Shown piece after piece: positions 18,950-28,851 of a stretch of 64,000 nt of DNA (position 1 is the stretch's first letter; each line of letters opens with the position of its first letter). The stretch comes from an uncultured Maribacter sp. (GTDB taxonomy: Bacteria > Bacteroidota > Bacteroidia > Flavobacteriales > Flavobacteriaceae). The notes under the pieces are model-generated. The model ran no database searches and was not told the DNA's origin. It saw only the letters and a program-made list of their open reading frames with translations. Location: the NCBI RefSeq assembly GCF_963975365.1, contig NZ_CAXBGF010000006.1, positions 57,718-121,717 on the forward strand, read 5' to 3'. Made by a program: the position numbers and the translations under genes.

Positions 18950-21550
18950 TTAAACCATTATATCTTCTTGATTTCTGAAAACCAAAGTATTGCCAAAGGC
19001 GTCTAGTAATACAACACTATCAGGTTTTATCTGGCCGCTTAAAAGTGATTTGGACATATTGTTCAAGACTTCTTTTTGAATAGTTCGTTTTACAGGTCTA
19101 GCCCCAAATTGAGGGTCATATCCTTTTTCAGCCAAATAATCTATAGCTTCTTCAGTAGCCTCTAGGGTAATCTGTTGCTTAAGCAGCATTTTCTTTAGAG
19201 ATTCCAATTGAAGTCTAACGATTTCCTTGATATTGTTTTTAGTTAAAGGAGTAAACATAACAATGTCATCTATTCTATTGATAAACTCTGGTCGTACAGT
19301 TTTCTTCAATAAACCAAGAACTTCTTCCCTTGCAGATTCAGTTGCACTAGGTATATCTTTTGAATTTTCAAAAGTATCTTGTATAATTTGGCTTCCCATG
19401 TTACTAGTCATGATTATGATGGTATTTTTGAAGTCGGCAACCCTACCTTTATTATCTGTCAATCTGCCTTCGTCCAAAACCTGCAGCAAAATGTTGAAGG
19501 TATCAGGGTGTGCCTTTTCTATTTCATCTAGTAAAACTACTGAATATGGTCTTCTTCTTACTGCTTCAGTCAATTGACCGCCTTCATCGTAACCAACATA
19601 TCCTGGAGGTGCACCAACTAATCTACTCACAGCATGCCTCTCTTGATACTCACTCATATCTATACGGGTCATGGCATTTTCATCATCAAACAGATAGGAT
19701 GCAAGCGTTTTTGCTAGTTCGGTCTTACCAACACCGGTAGTACCAAGAAACAAGAATGATCCTATCGGTTTTTTTGCATCCTGTAATCCAGCTCGACTTC
19801 TTCGAATAGCATCAGAAACAGCTTGAATAGCTTCTTCCTGGCCAACCACTCTTTTGTGCAGTACTTCCTCAAGTTTCAATAATTTCTCGCGTTCACTTTG
19901 TAACATTTTGGTCACTGGAATACCGGTCCATTTCGCAACTACCTCTGCTATGTCTTCACTCGTAACCTCTTCTTTAATTAAGGTTCCGGAGTGTTGTTGT
20001 GCAGCTAAATCATCCTGTAATTTTGTTAGATTTTCCTGCGCTTCTTTAATTTTTCCATATCTAATTTCAGCTACCTTGCCATAGTCGCCATTACGTTCGG
20101 CCCTTTCTGCTTCTGCCTTAAAATTTTCAATATCCAACTTGGTTTGTTGAATATTATCAACAACCGTTTTTTCACTTTCCCATTGAGCATAAATCTCATT
20201 ACGCTCTTCTTTTACATTAGCTAGATCTAAGTTTAAGATTTTAAGTTTTTGCTTATCATCTTCCCTTTTAATTGCTTCAATCTCAATTTCCAATTGCATG
20301 ATCTTTCTATCAAGAACATCCAATTCCTCAGGTTTAGAGTTGATTTCCATTCTAAGTTTAGATGCAGCCTCATCCATTAGGTCAATTGCCTTATCGGGTA
20401 AAAACCTATTGGTTATATACCGCTGCGATAACTCTACAGCCGCTATAACAGCTTCGTCTTTAATACGCACTTTGTGATGAGCTTCATATTTCTCTTTAAT
20501 ACCTCTAAGGATGGAAATAGCACTTTCAGTATCAGGTTGATCAACCATGACTTTTTGGAATCTTCTTTCCAATGCCTTATCCTTCTCAAAATACTTTTGG
20601 TATTCATCTAAAGTTGTAGCTCCAATTGATCTTAATTCTCCTCTAGCTAATGCTGGTTTTAAAATGTTAGCAGCATCCATAGCACCTTGACCGCCACCGG
20701 CACCAATTAACGTATGAATTTCATCTATAAAAAGTATGATGTTTCCGTCGGCACTTACAACTTCTTTAATGACCGATTTTAAACGTTCTTCGAATTCACC
20801 TTTATATTTAGCTCCTGCAATCAATGCACCCATATCCAAAGAATAGATAACCTTGTCTTTTAGGTTTTCAGGAATATCGCCTTGTATAATTCTATGGGCA
20901 AGACCTTCAACAATTGCGGTTTTACCTACACCAGGTTCACCTACTAAAATTGGATTATTTTTGGTTCTTCTGGATAATATCTGGAGAATTCTTCTTATTT
21001 CTTCATCGCGACCAATAACAGGATCTAATTTACCGCTATCTGCAAGTTCATTTAGGTTTTTGGCGTATTTCTTTAGTGAATTATACGTTTCTTCAGCACT
21101 TTGTGAAGTAACCTTCTCTCCTTTTCGTAATTCTTCTATAGCTGCTTTAAGGTGTTTTTCCGTAACCCCTTGGTCTTTTAATATTTGAGCTATTTTACTC
21201 TTTGATTTTAATACGGCCAAGAATAAATGCTCTAAAGAAACAAACTCATCGCCCATATCCTTGGCAATTATGCTAGCTTCATTTAGAGTTTTGCCGGCTT
21301 CTCTTGAAAATTGCAACTCACCACCTTCCACTTTTGGGAAACTAGAAAGTTCCTTTTCCAATATTTGTTGGACCATATTAAAATTGACGCCTAATTTTTT
21401 AAGTAAAAAAGGCATAACATTTTCTTCTACTTCGGTAAGTGCTTTGAAAACATGTTCATTTTCTATTTGCTGATGGCCCATATTTTGGGCAATCTGCTGG
21501 GCTAGTTGAATTGCCTCCTGCGACTTTATGGTAAAATTATTTATATTCAT
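18950..21550 (-). CDS. clpB: ATP-dependent chaperone ClpB
   Basis: 866 aa. Clp N domain, two AAA+ modules (GEPGVGKTA; GTTGVGKTE) and a middle coiled-coil. Confidence 0.97.
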   Translation of the reverse strand: MNINNFTIKSQEAIQLAQQIAQNMGHQQIENEHVFKALTEVEENVMPFLLKKLGVNFNMVQQILEKELSSFPKVEGGELQFSREAGKTLNEASIIAKDMGDEFVSLEHLFLAVLKSKSKIAQILKDQGVTEKHLKAAIEELRKGEKVTSQSAEETYNSLKKYAKNLNELADSGKLDPVIGRDEEIRRILQILSRRTKNNPILVGEPGVGKTAIVEGLAHRIIQGDIPENLKDKVIYSLDMGALIAGAKYKGEFEERLKSVIKEVVSADGNIILFIDEIHTLIGAGGGQGAMDAANILKPALARGELRSIGATTLDEYQKYFEKDKALERRFQKVMVDQPDTESAISILRGIKEKYEAHHKVRIKDEAVIAAVELSQRYITNRFLPDKAIDLMDEAASKLRMEINSKPEELDVLDRKIMQLEIEIEAIKREDDKQKLKILNLDLANVKEERNEIYAQWESEKTVVDNIQQTKLDIENFKAEAERAERNGDYGKVAEIRYGKIKEAQENLTKLQDDLAAQQHSGTLIKEEVTSEDIAEVVAKWTGIPVTKMLQSEREKLLKLEEVLHKRVVGQEEAIQAVSDAIRRSRAGLQDAKKPIGSFLFLGTTGVGKTELAKTLASYLFDDENAMTRIDMSEYQERHAVSRLVGAPPGYVGYDEGGQLTEAVRRRPYSVVLLDEIEKAHPDTFNILLQVLDEGRLTDNKGRVADFKNTIIIMTSNMGSQIIQDTFENSKDIPSATESAREEVLGLLKKTVRPEFINRIDDIVMFTPLTKNNIKEIVRLQLESLKKMLLKQQITLEATEEAIDYLAEKGYDPQFGARPVKRTIQKEVLNNMSKSLLSGQIKPDSVVLLDAFGNTLVFRNQEDIMV

Positions 21551-21708
21551 TTTCTTTAGTTTTAGTTATTTGTAATACTTTTGGAATGTAATGTTCAAGA
21601 ATCTTACCAATAACCGAGACAAGACAAGATGACTTGATTTCGAGTATATTAGCTGACAATTAGTCAGATAGTGGTATGGCTAATGGGTAATATTAAATTA
21701 AGAAATCT

Positions 21709-22104
21709 ATGGGAATATTTAGTGGAATATTTGGAGGATCTAAGAATGGAAATGGAAAGGAAGTTTCTGATATTCCTTGGAAACCTTTGAATGCGATAAT
21801 TCAGTTAGAGGATATTAAGAAACAATCTAAAATAAGGCCTCAGATTATTTTTAAACATTCTACTTCTTGTGGTATTAGTAGAATGGTACTGAATATGTTT
21901 AAAAGTGGCTATGGGTTAGAGGAAGGCCAAATGGATTTTTATTTTTTGGATTTGCTAGCAAATAGAGATGTGTCCCACGAAGTTGCTTCCGTATTTGGAG
22001 TAATGCATCAATCTCCCCAATTATTAATAATTAAAAATGGGGTAGTGGTAGTACATGATTCTCATGGATCGATATCTGATATAAAATTAGAACAGTACTT
22101 ATAA
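21709..22104 (+). CDS. ytxJ: YtxJ-like monothiol thioredoxin-fold protein (bacillithiol system)
   Basis: 131 aa with the characteristic single-Cys motif (HSTSCGISRMV). Confidence 0.75.
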   Translation: MGIFSGIFGGSKNGNGKEVSDIPWKPLNAIIQLEDIKKQSKIRPQIIFKHSTSCGISRMVLNMFKSGYGLEEGQMDFYFLDLLANRDVSHEVASVFGVMHQSPQLLIIKNGVVVVHDSHGSISDIKLEQYL

Positions 22105-22134
22105 AAAAAGCCCCATTAAAACGGGGCTTTTTTG
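22104..22134. terminator. Bidirectional rho-independent terminator
   Basis: AAAAAAAGCCCC-attaaaac-GGGGCTTTTTT between convergent genes. Confidence 0.75.
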
Positions 22135-23319
22135 TTAGTTAAAACTTTGCTTATTTAAAATGTTCTTAAGATTATTCTTTAAATCTTCACCAGCATCATA
22201 TACCATCTGTTCATTACTGGGAAATGGAACCCTCGCCAATTGCAGAAGCGAAACTAAATCATTATCTAAAGCTCTTTTGTCGCCATTATAGTTGGCATAA
22301 ATATGCTCAAATACAAATTGACTGGATAATGGATATTGATTTATTTTCTGTTGTTTTTTTAAATCTATAAAATTAACAACTCCTGTTACTTGAGCACTCT
22401 TAAATTGAGTGAATTGATAAAAATCACATTTTACGGTTTTAAACTTGTCAACTTTTATGCTATTCCCTAAACTATCGGAAACTACATTGCCATTACTATC
22501 TTCAACAAAAGTATAGCCATCCTTAATCTGACGTTCTTTGCTTATCTGTTTCTCACTAATTTGTTCGGGAGAAATGTTAATGTCTTGAAAAGAAACCTCC
22601 ATTTGGTAATCATAGATTTGATTTTTAATTCTATTCGTATGATATTCTGTCCAATTATTATTTAATCCGTAGGTATTCAAATTTAAAAGTTCATCTTCTA
22701 ATCTTCTTGGAATTACCTTATCGGTGTTGTTGGTCATTTCAACAATAACATAATCTAAACCCTTTTGGTACGCTTCATCAATTTTAGAAACAACGTCATT
22801 ATAATTAGGGTTTAACTCCTGTAAATATTTTAAATCACTAAAAGCAATTCTAAAATCTGATTTATAATTTGCATTTTCCAATAAGGTCGTGGCCTTGTTA
22901 TAAAGGTATTCAGATAAATTTAGTTTGGCAGCAATTAATTCATCGTCATAATTTTTAAAGTTGAATTGTGCTTTTCTATTTTCATCTTGAATATACAACG
23001 GTAATAAAGGCCTTATACTTTCTTGAACCGATTTAAGTCGGTCATATGTATTGAAAATTTCCTCGAAATTTGCAGGGTTACCATCTTTTTTAAGAAATTT
23101 AATGTGCTGAAGTTCCCTTTCGGTATGTTTACGGTATCCTTCTTCAAGAAGTACAATGTACGTCTGATTGCTTTTTTTGGTCTTATTTTCAGCAATGTTT
23201 ACAACAGCTTTGTTAATAGCGGCCATGTAATTGCCTGAATTTAGAGCCTCCTGTGTTTTCTTTACCCCACTACAAGATAGTAGTAGGCCTATAAAACCAA
23301 ATAGTAGAATTTTTTTCAT
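22135..23319 (-). CDS. Hypothetical lipoprotein
   Basis: The internal ATG gives a classic lipoprotein signal (MKKILLFGFIGLLLSCSG). The 36-codon upstream extension in the ORF track looks spurious. No family recognised. Confidence 0.6.
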   Translation of the reverse strand: MKKILLFGFIGLLLSCSGVKKTQEALNSGNYMAAINKAVVNIAENKTKKSNQTYIVLLEEGYRKHTERELQHIKFLKKDGNPANFEEIFNTYDRLKSVQESIRPLLPLYIQDENRKAQFNFKNYDDELIAAKLNLSEYLYNKATTLLENANYKSDFRIAFSDLKYLQELNPNYNDVVSKIDEAYQKGLDYVIVEMTNNTDKVIPRRLEDELLNLNTYGLNNNWTEYHTNRIKNQIYDYQMEVSFQDINISPEQISEKQISKERQIKDGYTFVEDSNGNVVSDSLGNSIKVDKFKTVKCDFYQFTQFKSAQVTGVVNFIDLKKQQKINQYPLSSQFVFEHIYANYNGDKRALDNDLVSLLQLARVPFPSNEQMVYDAGEDLKNNLKNILNKQSFN

Positions 23320-23534
23320 GCCTATATTTTTAGAATTTAATAAAGCTATTTCAACAGCCGTGCCATAAAATGCTTTTATCATAACGTATGGGGATGAGGA
23401 ATAGTATATTTTCGTTAAGTTGCACAATAGATTTCTAAATCATGTATTTGAATATGGGTACAGTTATTAACTTATTTTGATAAATAAGTTATGGGTTTAT
23501 TCATTTTTTTTATTTCATTAAGTACTCTTATTTG

Positions 23535-23542
23535 TATTTTTG
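23535..23542 (+). promoter_or_regulatory. Candidate -7 box (TATTTTTG) for glyA
   Basis: Exact TAnnTTTG, 26 nt upstream of the ATG at 23568. It lies inside the longer ORF-track version, which argues for the shorter start. Confidence 0.45.
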
Positions 23543-23567
23543 CATCTTATTTAAAATAAATAGCAAA

Positions 23568-24842
23568 ATGCAACGCGACACTATAATTTTTAATCTTATT
23601 GAAGAAGAGCGACAACGTCAGATCAACGGAATTGAATTAATCGCTTCTGAGAATTTTACTAGTCCGCAGGTAATGGAAGCACAGGGTTCTGTACTTACCA
23701 ATAAATATGCTGAAGGTTACCCAGGTAAGCGTTATTATGGAGGTTGCGAAGTAGTAGATAAAGTTGAGCAGTTGGCTATTGATAGGGCTATGGAACTTTT
23801 TGGGGCTGCATATGCGAATGTTCAGCCGCATTCTGGTTCGCAAGCAAATGCTGCTGTTTATCATGCATGCTTACAGCCTGGAGATAAAATATTAGGTTTC
23901 GATTTATCTCATGGAGGACATTTAACCCATGGTTCTCCGGTGAATTTTTCTGGAAGATTATATAATCCTGTGTTTTATGGTGTAGACCAAGAAACAGGTA
24001 GATTGGACTATGATAAAATTCAAGAAATAGCAACAAAGGAACAACCTAAGTTGATAATTGCTGGGGCCTCGGCATATTCGCGAGATATAGATTTTGAACG
24101 TTTTCGTAAAATTGCCGATAGTGTAAATGCAATTTTACTTGCTGATATTTCTCATCCAGCAGGTTTAATAGCGAAAGGCCTATTGAACAATCCTATTCCT
24201 CATTGTCATATTGTAACGACGACGACACATAAAACATTGAGAGGCCCAAGAGGTGGATTAATATTGATGGGGACTGATTTTGAAAATCCATTTGGTATTA
24301 AATTAAAAAATGGAAATCTTAGAAAAATGTCAGCGTTATTAGATTTAGCTGTTTTTCCTGGAAATCAAGGGGGTCCTTTAGAGCATGTTATAGCAGGAAA
24401 AGCAATTGCCTTTGGTGAAGCGTTATCTGATTCTTATGGCTCATATATATTACAAGTGAAAAAGAATGCTGATGCTATGGCAAAAGCATTTGTAAAAAGA
24501 GGGTATGATATTATTTCTGGTGGTACTGATAATCACATGATGCTTATCGACTTAAGAAATAAAGATATTTCAGGTAAAGATGCTGAGAAAGCATTGGTGC
24601 TTGCAGATATTACGGCAAATAAAAACATGGTACCTTTTGATGATAAATCACCTTTTGTCACCTCAGGTATACGTTTTGGAACCGCTGCTATTACTACTAG
24701 AGGTTTGGTAGAAAGTGATATGGAACAAGTAGTTGAGTTTATTGATCAGGTTATAGCTAACCCAGAAAATGATACTGTTATCTCCGAAGTAAAAGGTAAA
24801 GTCAATGCTATGATGAATACTAGGCCGATTTTTAACGCCTAG
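23568..24842 (+). CDS. glyA: Serine hydroxymethyltransferase
   Basis: [24 protein letters not shown] and the PLP-lysine region ([14 protein letters not shown]). Confidence 0.95.
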   Translation: MQRDTIIFNLIEEERQRQINGIELIASENFTSPQVMEAQGSVLTNKYAEGYPGKRYYGGCEVVDKVEQLAIDRAMELFGAAYANVQPHSGSQANAAVYHACLQPGDKILGFDLSHGGHLTHGSPVNFSGRLYNPVFYGVDQETGRLDYDKIQEIATKEQPKLIIAGASAYSRDIDFERFRKIADSVNAILLADISHPAGLIAKGLLNNPIPHCHIVTTTTHKTLRGPRGGLILMGTDFENPFGIKLKNGNLRKMSALLDLAVFPGNQGGPLEHVIAGKAIAFGEALSDSYGSYILQVKKNADAMAKAFVKRGYDIISGGTDNHMMLIDLRNKDISGKDAEKALVLADITANKNMVPFDDKSPFVTSGIRFGTAAITTRGLVESDMEQVVEFIDQVIANPENDTVISEVKGKVNAMMNTRPIFNA

Positions 24843-24858
24843 TATTTAATTAGAAATT

Positions 24859-25503
24859 TTATTCGGATAAAAATTCTAAATCGCCTGTTACATAGGTATT
24901 TGCTTGTATATCAAAAATTGAAGCCTCGTCTTCTTTGTCTAAATAAATACCCCAAAATTCACTGTACGATTTCGGAATAATATTCGTTTGTTCATCTTCA
25001 AAATCAAAATTATCTAAACTATCCTCAAAAATAGGGACAAAGATTTCATATGGTTTTTGAGTAAGTCCTCTTGTTAAGAATACATAGTTAAATGCAATTT
25101 GCTTTAATATATCATTAAGCTGTGTTGCTATGCTTTTATCATAAATACGTTTTATTACTATGCTTGTATCTTTCAAGAATATAGTGAGTTCTTCAATGTC
25201 AATATTGCAGTTGTTTCTTGAATTTAAGATTTCTAAATTATACTGAAGTGGCGAATCATTTTTAATGCTCGTGCCCCATCTACCAGTATTAAAATTAGTG
25301 AATAATTCTAATAATTCTATATTGCAATTCACTTCTAATACTAAATGAACGGAATTTAGAGTGCAGCTTTTTCGTTTTAATTTTAGAGTAGAAAAATAAT
25401 GAAATTCTAAAGATTTTAGAAATTCATCTATGCCAAAAATCTCTTTAGTGTAATCTAAATTGTTTAATGACTTTTTTATAAAATCGTCGATATTAAAAGA
25501 CAT
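24859..25503 (-). CDS. Hypothetical cytoplasmic acidic protein
   Basis: 214-aa ORF with no signal peptide and no motif I recognise. Last gene of the minus-strand regulatory cluster. Confidence 0.5.
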   Translation of the reverse strand: MSFNIDDFIKKSLNNLDYTKEIFGIDEFLKSLEFHYFSTLKLKRKSCTLNSVHLVLEVNCNIELLELFTNFNTGRWGTSIKNDSPLQYNLEILNSRNNCNIDIEELTIFLKDTSIVIKRIYDKSIATQLNDILKQIAFNYVFLTRGLTQKPYEIFVPIFEDSLDNFDFEDEQTNIIPKSYSEFWGIYLDKEDEASIFDIQANTYVTGDLEFLSE

Positions 25504-25660
25504 GTAAGGCTAGTATTAAAATTCTTCTTTTGCTAAAGATAATTTTTAACTTATTTATTTCCCCTTAGGAAAACCTTATAAATTTGGAGGATATTATTAT
25601 AAAAAAACACAATTATTTTTAACTATCTGATAATCATTAAGTTGAAGAAATAAATTGATT

Positions 25661-26347
25661 TTACAAGAATCCACGGGTTTTAGCCTCATTTATTAGGGCT
25701 AAATCGTTTCCATTTTTAATATCGAAAAGTGCTTTTAGCTGTCTTTTTCTTGCCTCAACAGTGGTGTTGGCTGAGCCTATTAATGGTGCAATATCTCTAG
25801 TATGAATACCTTGTGAAAGATGATGCAAAATCTTTTGATCTTGTTCATCAATAACAATATCACTGGACATTCTACGTCTAATTGCCGCTAAGGCACTAGC
25901 TGTATAGTATGGTGATTTACTCATAATGGTTTCTACCATGGTTTTTAGAGACATTTCGTCTATCTCAGATTTCACCATATAACCATCAGGATTCACTGTT
26001 TTGAAAATATTGTTAATTCTATAGTTGTCGCTATAGGAAGACATGAAAACAACCTTTGAGTTAGGTACTTCATTTCTAGCAACGATTCCTAAATCTATAC
26101 CTGTTCTCGGATCTTTAGATTCTGGAGAAAATAACTGAATATCTAAAAGTATAATATCATAAGGTATGGCACGTTTAGATAATTCAATCTTACTTTTACC
26201 TTTTTCAAAACTTCTTGCAATTTCAACTTTTACGTTAAAATCAGTAAATTCAGAATCTTCAAGAATATATTTATATCCTAAAGTGGTCATTTCATGATCA
26301 TCTACCGCTAAAATTCGTACAGTATCCATTTCTATATTTAGATTCAA
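25661..26347 (-). CDS. NarL/FixJ (LuxR-type HTH) response regulator
   Basis: Canonical receiver (ILAVDDHE...ILLDIQL) and a C-terminal LuxR HTH (LSQGIHTRDIAPLIGSANTTVEARKRQL). Confidence 0.85.
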   Translation of the reverse strand: MNLNIEMDTVRILAVDDHEMTTLGYKYILEDSEFTDFNVKVEIARSFEKGKSKIELSKRAIPYDIILLDIQLFSPESKDPRTGIDLGIVARNEVPNSKVVFMSSYSDNYRINNIFKTVNPDGYMVKSEIDEMSLKTMVETIMSKSPYYTASALAAIRRRMSSDIVIDEQDQKILHHLSQGIHTRDIAPLIGSANTTVEARKRQLKALFDIKNGNDLALINEAKTRGFL

Positions 26348-26354
26348 TTGTAAT

Positions 26355-28481
26355 TTACAAAACGTTTTTAAATTGCGTATTATTATCAGTAGAATTAATC
26401 AAATTCTTATTAACTGGTATTTGAAGTGAAATAGTAGTACCTGTACCTTCAATTGAATCTAGGTGAAACGTTCCATTTAGCTTGTTAGTCCTAGAAGTTA
26501 TGTTTCTAATACCGATGCCTTTTTTACCTTTATTTATATTAAATCCACGACCATTGTCATTCATTATTACGTTAAAGATGTCTTCAGTTCTATAGAATGT
26601 TATTTCGAAAATAGTGCAATTGGCGTGTTTTATTGCATTTTGAAATGTTTCTTGTATAATTCGATACACATTAATTTTAATGTCTCCTTCAAGGCTATCC
26701 CAGCTTTCATCTTCATTAAAATTAAAAATCGTTTTAATATTTTCATTTTTATTGCCACCTGATAGTAGCGATTCAATCGAGTCTGTGAAGTTATTTATTT
26801 TTTGATAGGCACTGTGACTTAATTCGTGCGAAATAGAGCGTATTTCGTGTTCTATTTCTTGTAAAGAACCAAGAGCCTTTGACTTTTCTTGTATTGCTTC
26901 TTCAGTTGCGCGTTTGTTTAGACCTGTTAAAACCATACGTGCTCCTAGCATTTTACCTAATACGCCATCGTGTAGCTCTTCTGAGATTCTTTTCTGTTCT
27001 AAACGTTTAACTTCATCAACTTTTTGTTTTTGCATCAACATTAAATTGAAAATTTCTTGATTATTAGCTTGCTGTTGTTGGTCAAAACGAAGCTTTTGAT
27101 TTTTAGCGCGTTGATTAATAATAATATAGATAGAAAGTCCTAATAAAAAGAAACCTGCTGCAATACCGATCCATATTTGTTTCTGCTTTGATAAAACTTC
27201 TTTTTCACTTTCTAGTTCTATATTTTCAGCGATAAATTCATCAGTTTCAAAACGTATACGGGCAAACTTATTTTGTATTTTTCGCTCTTCTTTTTGAAGA
27301 CTGTCGTCTAGTTGAATATATTTTTGAAAGTAGGTAGGCGCGTTTTTTTTCTCCAATGTTGCTAAAAATGGCCAAACTTCTAATAATCGTTCATTATTAT
27401 CACTCTTTAATGATAACTCCTCGGCAATTTTTGCATTGGTAATTGCGGCTAACGTATCATGTGCAAAGGCTTTGTATTCAGCGTAGTTAAAATATGACCC
27501 CGCTAAGCTGCTGGTCTTATTCTCAGTACTTTTTATCTTAATAGCTTCTAATAATAACTTACCTACACCTAAAGTGTCTTTATCATATAATTTACTTGAG
27601 GCTAGATTACTCAATGCTAAGGCATATAGGGAAGGGTCTTTTATTATTAGACTGTCAGTCTTTAGTACAGTTTTAAAATTCTCAATCGCTTTTTTATATT
27701 GCTTGTTGTTTCTAAATACGACTCCAATATTATTTATAATTCTTGCTTCTCGAATTTTATTAAAATCTGACAATTTTAAATAATAAAGGGCTTCATTGTA
27801 ATAGGCTTGAGATTTTTCCACTTCTCCCAATCCTCCTAATGAAATACCTAGAACATTGTAACTATTATATAAATATAAATAATCATTTAAGGATTTAAAG
27901 ATTTCGATTGCTCTCATTATAGTAGTTTCACTACCCACATAATCTTTAACATCGGATTGTATTTTTGCCATTTCAAAATACATTCTACCAGAAAGTTGTA
28001 GCTCCTTAGTATTTTCAAAAATTTTTTGTGCCTCAAAATATGAATAGTAGGCACTATCTTTTACCGAATATCTATCAAAAAATAATGCTAAATCCCAATA
28101 TCGATTTCCTATCGATAAGGAATCGTTTCGTTTTTGGTTCAGGGAAATAGAGCGCTTATTGACTTTTCGAAACAATGTACTGTCTCCCTTTGAATATAAA
28201 TTTACAGAAAGCGTGGAAAAATATTTTGATTTTAAAGAGTCGGAGGTAGTACTCAATGCATATTGATAGGCTTTATTTAATATGATAGTTTTTTGTAGTT
28301 GAGTAGATTTTGGATTTTTACTTTCTTCAATCCATAAATCAACACTATCGGTTTCAATAGCAATAGGAGGTACAATTGTTGTAGGTTCAAATTCTGAACA
28401 ACTGCTGAATAAGTGTACAAGTATTAATAAAGTGAAATATCTTTTAAACAAAAACAGGTTATTTAATTTCTTAAAAACCAA
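26355..28481 (-). CDS. TPR-repeat sensor histidine kinase (HisKA_3 + HATPase_c)
   Basis: Lipoprotein-like N-terminus (LLILVHLFSSC), about 350 aa of TPR-like repeats and one TM helix (IWIGIAAGFFLLGLSIYIII). H-box (ISEELHDGVLGK) and ATPase motifs (QNAIKHA, DNGRGF, GIGIRN). There is no ATG start; candidates are TTG at 28481 or 28451. Confidence 0.85.
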   Translation of the reverse strand: MVFKKLNNLFLFKRYFTLLILVHLFSSCSEFEPTTIVPPIAIETDSVDLWIEESKNPKSTQLQKTIILNKAYQYALSTTSDSLKSKYFSTLSVNLYSKGDSTLFRKVNKRSISLNQKRNDSLSIGNRYWDLALFFDRYSVKDSAYYSYFEAQKIFENTKELQLSGRMYFEMAKIQSDVKDYVGSETTIMRAIEIFKSLNDYLYLYNSYNVLGISLGGLGEVEKSQAYYNEALYYLKLSDFNKIREARIINNIGVVFRNNKQYKKAIENFKTVLKTDSLIIKDPSLYALALSNLASSKLYDKDTLGVGKLLLEAIKIKSTENKTSSLAGSYFNYAEYKAFAHDTLAAITNAKIAEELSLKSDNNERLLEVWPFLATLEKKNAPTYFQKYIQLDDSLQKEERKIQNKFARIRFETDEFIAENIELESEKEVLSKQKQIWIGIAAGFFLLGLSIYIIINQRAKNQKLRFDQQQQANNQEIFNLMLMQKQKVDEVKRLEQKRISEELHDGVLGKMLGARMVLTGLNKRATEEAIQEKSKALGSLQEIEHEIRSISHELSHSAYQKINNFTDSIESLLSGGNKNENIKTIFNFNEDESWDSLEGDIKINVYRIIQETFQNAIKHANCTIFEITFYRTEDIFNVIMNDNGRGFNINKGKKGIGIRNITSRTNKLNGTFHLDSIEGTGTTISLQIPVNKNLINSTDNNTQFKNVL

Positions 28482-28483
28482 GA

Positions 28484-28520
28484 TATAAAAAAAGCCTTTA
28501 ACAAACAGGTTGAAGGCTTT
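28484..28520 (-). terminator. Rho-independent terminator after the small peptide gene
   Basis: On the minus strand, AAAGCCTT-(14 nt loop)-AAGGCTTT followed by TTTTTTTAT. It begins 20 nt after the TAG at 28541. Confidence 0.6.
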
Positions 28521-28540
28521 TATATATTATATTAACAAGT

Positions 28541-28714
28541 CTAGCTTATCATTGTTTTACCTCTTGGAGGTGTTTCAGTAGAGCAATCGGAACAAGATAA
28601 TGCTTTAGAGATATCATTCATGAAATCAAATTCACTTGCAGTGTTTTCTACTACGTATGTTGCCATTCCTAATGCCATTACTGCTACTGCTAAAATACTT
28701 GTTACTTTTTTCAT
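28541..28714 (-). CDS. Small exported peptide (57 aa, CxxC), not in the ORF track
   Basis: Hand translation ATG 28714 to TAG 28541 gives MKKVTSILAVAVMALGMATYVVENTASEFDFMNDISKALSCSDCSTETPPRGKTMIS. It has a signal-peptide-like N-terminus and a dedicated terminator. Coding status is unproven. Confidence 0.5.
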   Translation of the reverse strand: MKKVTSILAVAVMALGMATYVVENTASEFDFMNDISKALSCSDCSTETPPRGKTMIS

Positions 28715-28778
28715 ATTCTTTGTGTTTTAGGGGTTTTAGATTTATTATACTGCCAAAGTAATATGGTTTTGCGAGTAG

Positions 28779-28806
28779 TTAAAGTAAATCGCTTTACCTT
28801 AAGTAA
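28779..28806 (-). promoter_or_regulatory. Direct repeat pair upstream of the small peptide gene (candidate LytTR-type site)
   Basis: Plus strand TTAAAGTAA (28779-28787) and CTTAAGTAA (28798-28806). Read on the minus strand these are TTACTTAAG and TTACTTTAA, 19 bp apart, 65-92 nt upstream of the ATG. Confidence 0.35.
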
Positions 28807-28851
28807 GTGACTTAGTTCTGCTAGTATATGAACCGATTGTGAGAGAATTCT

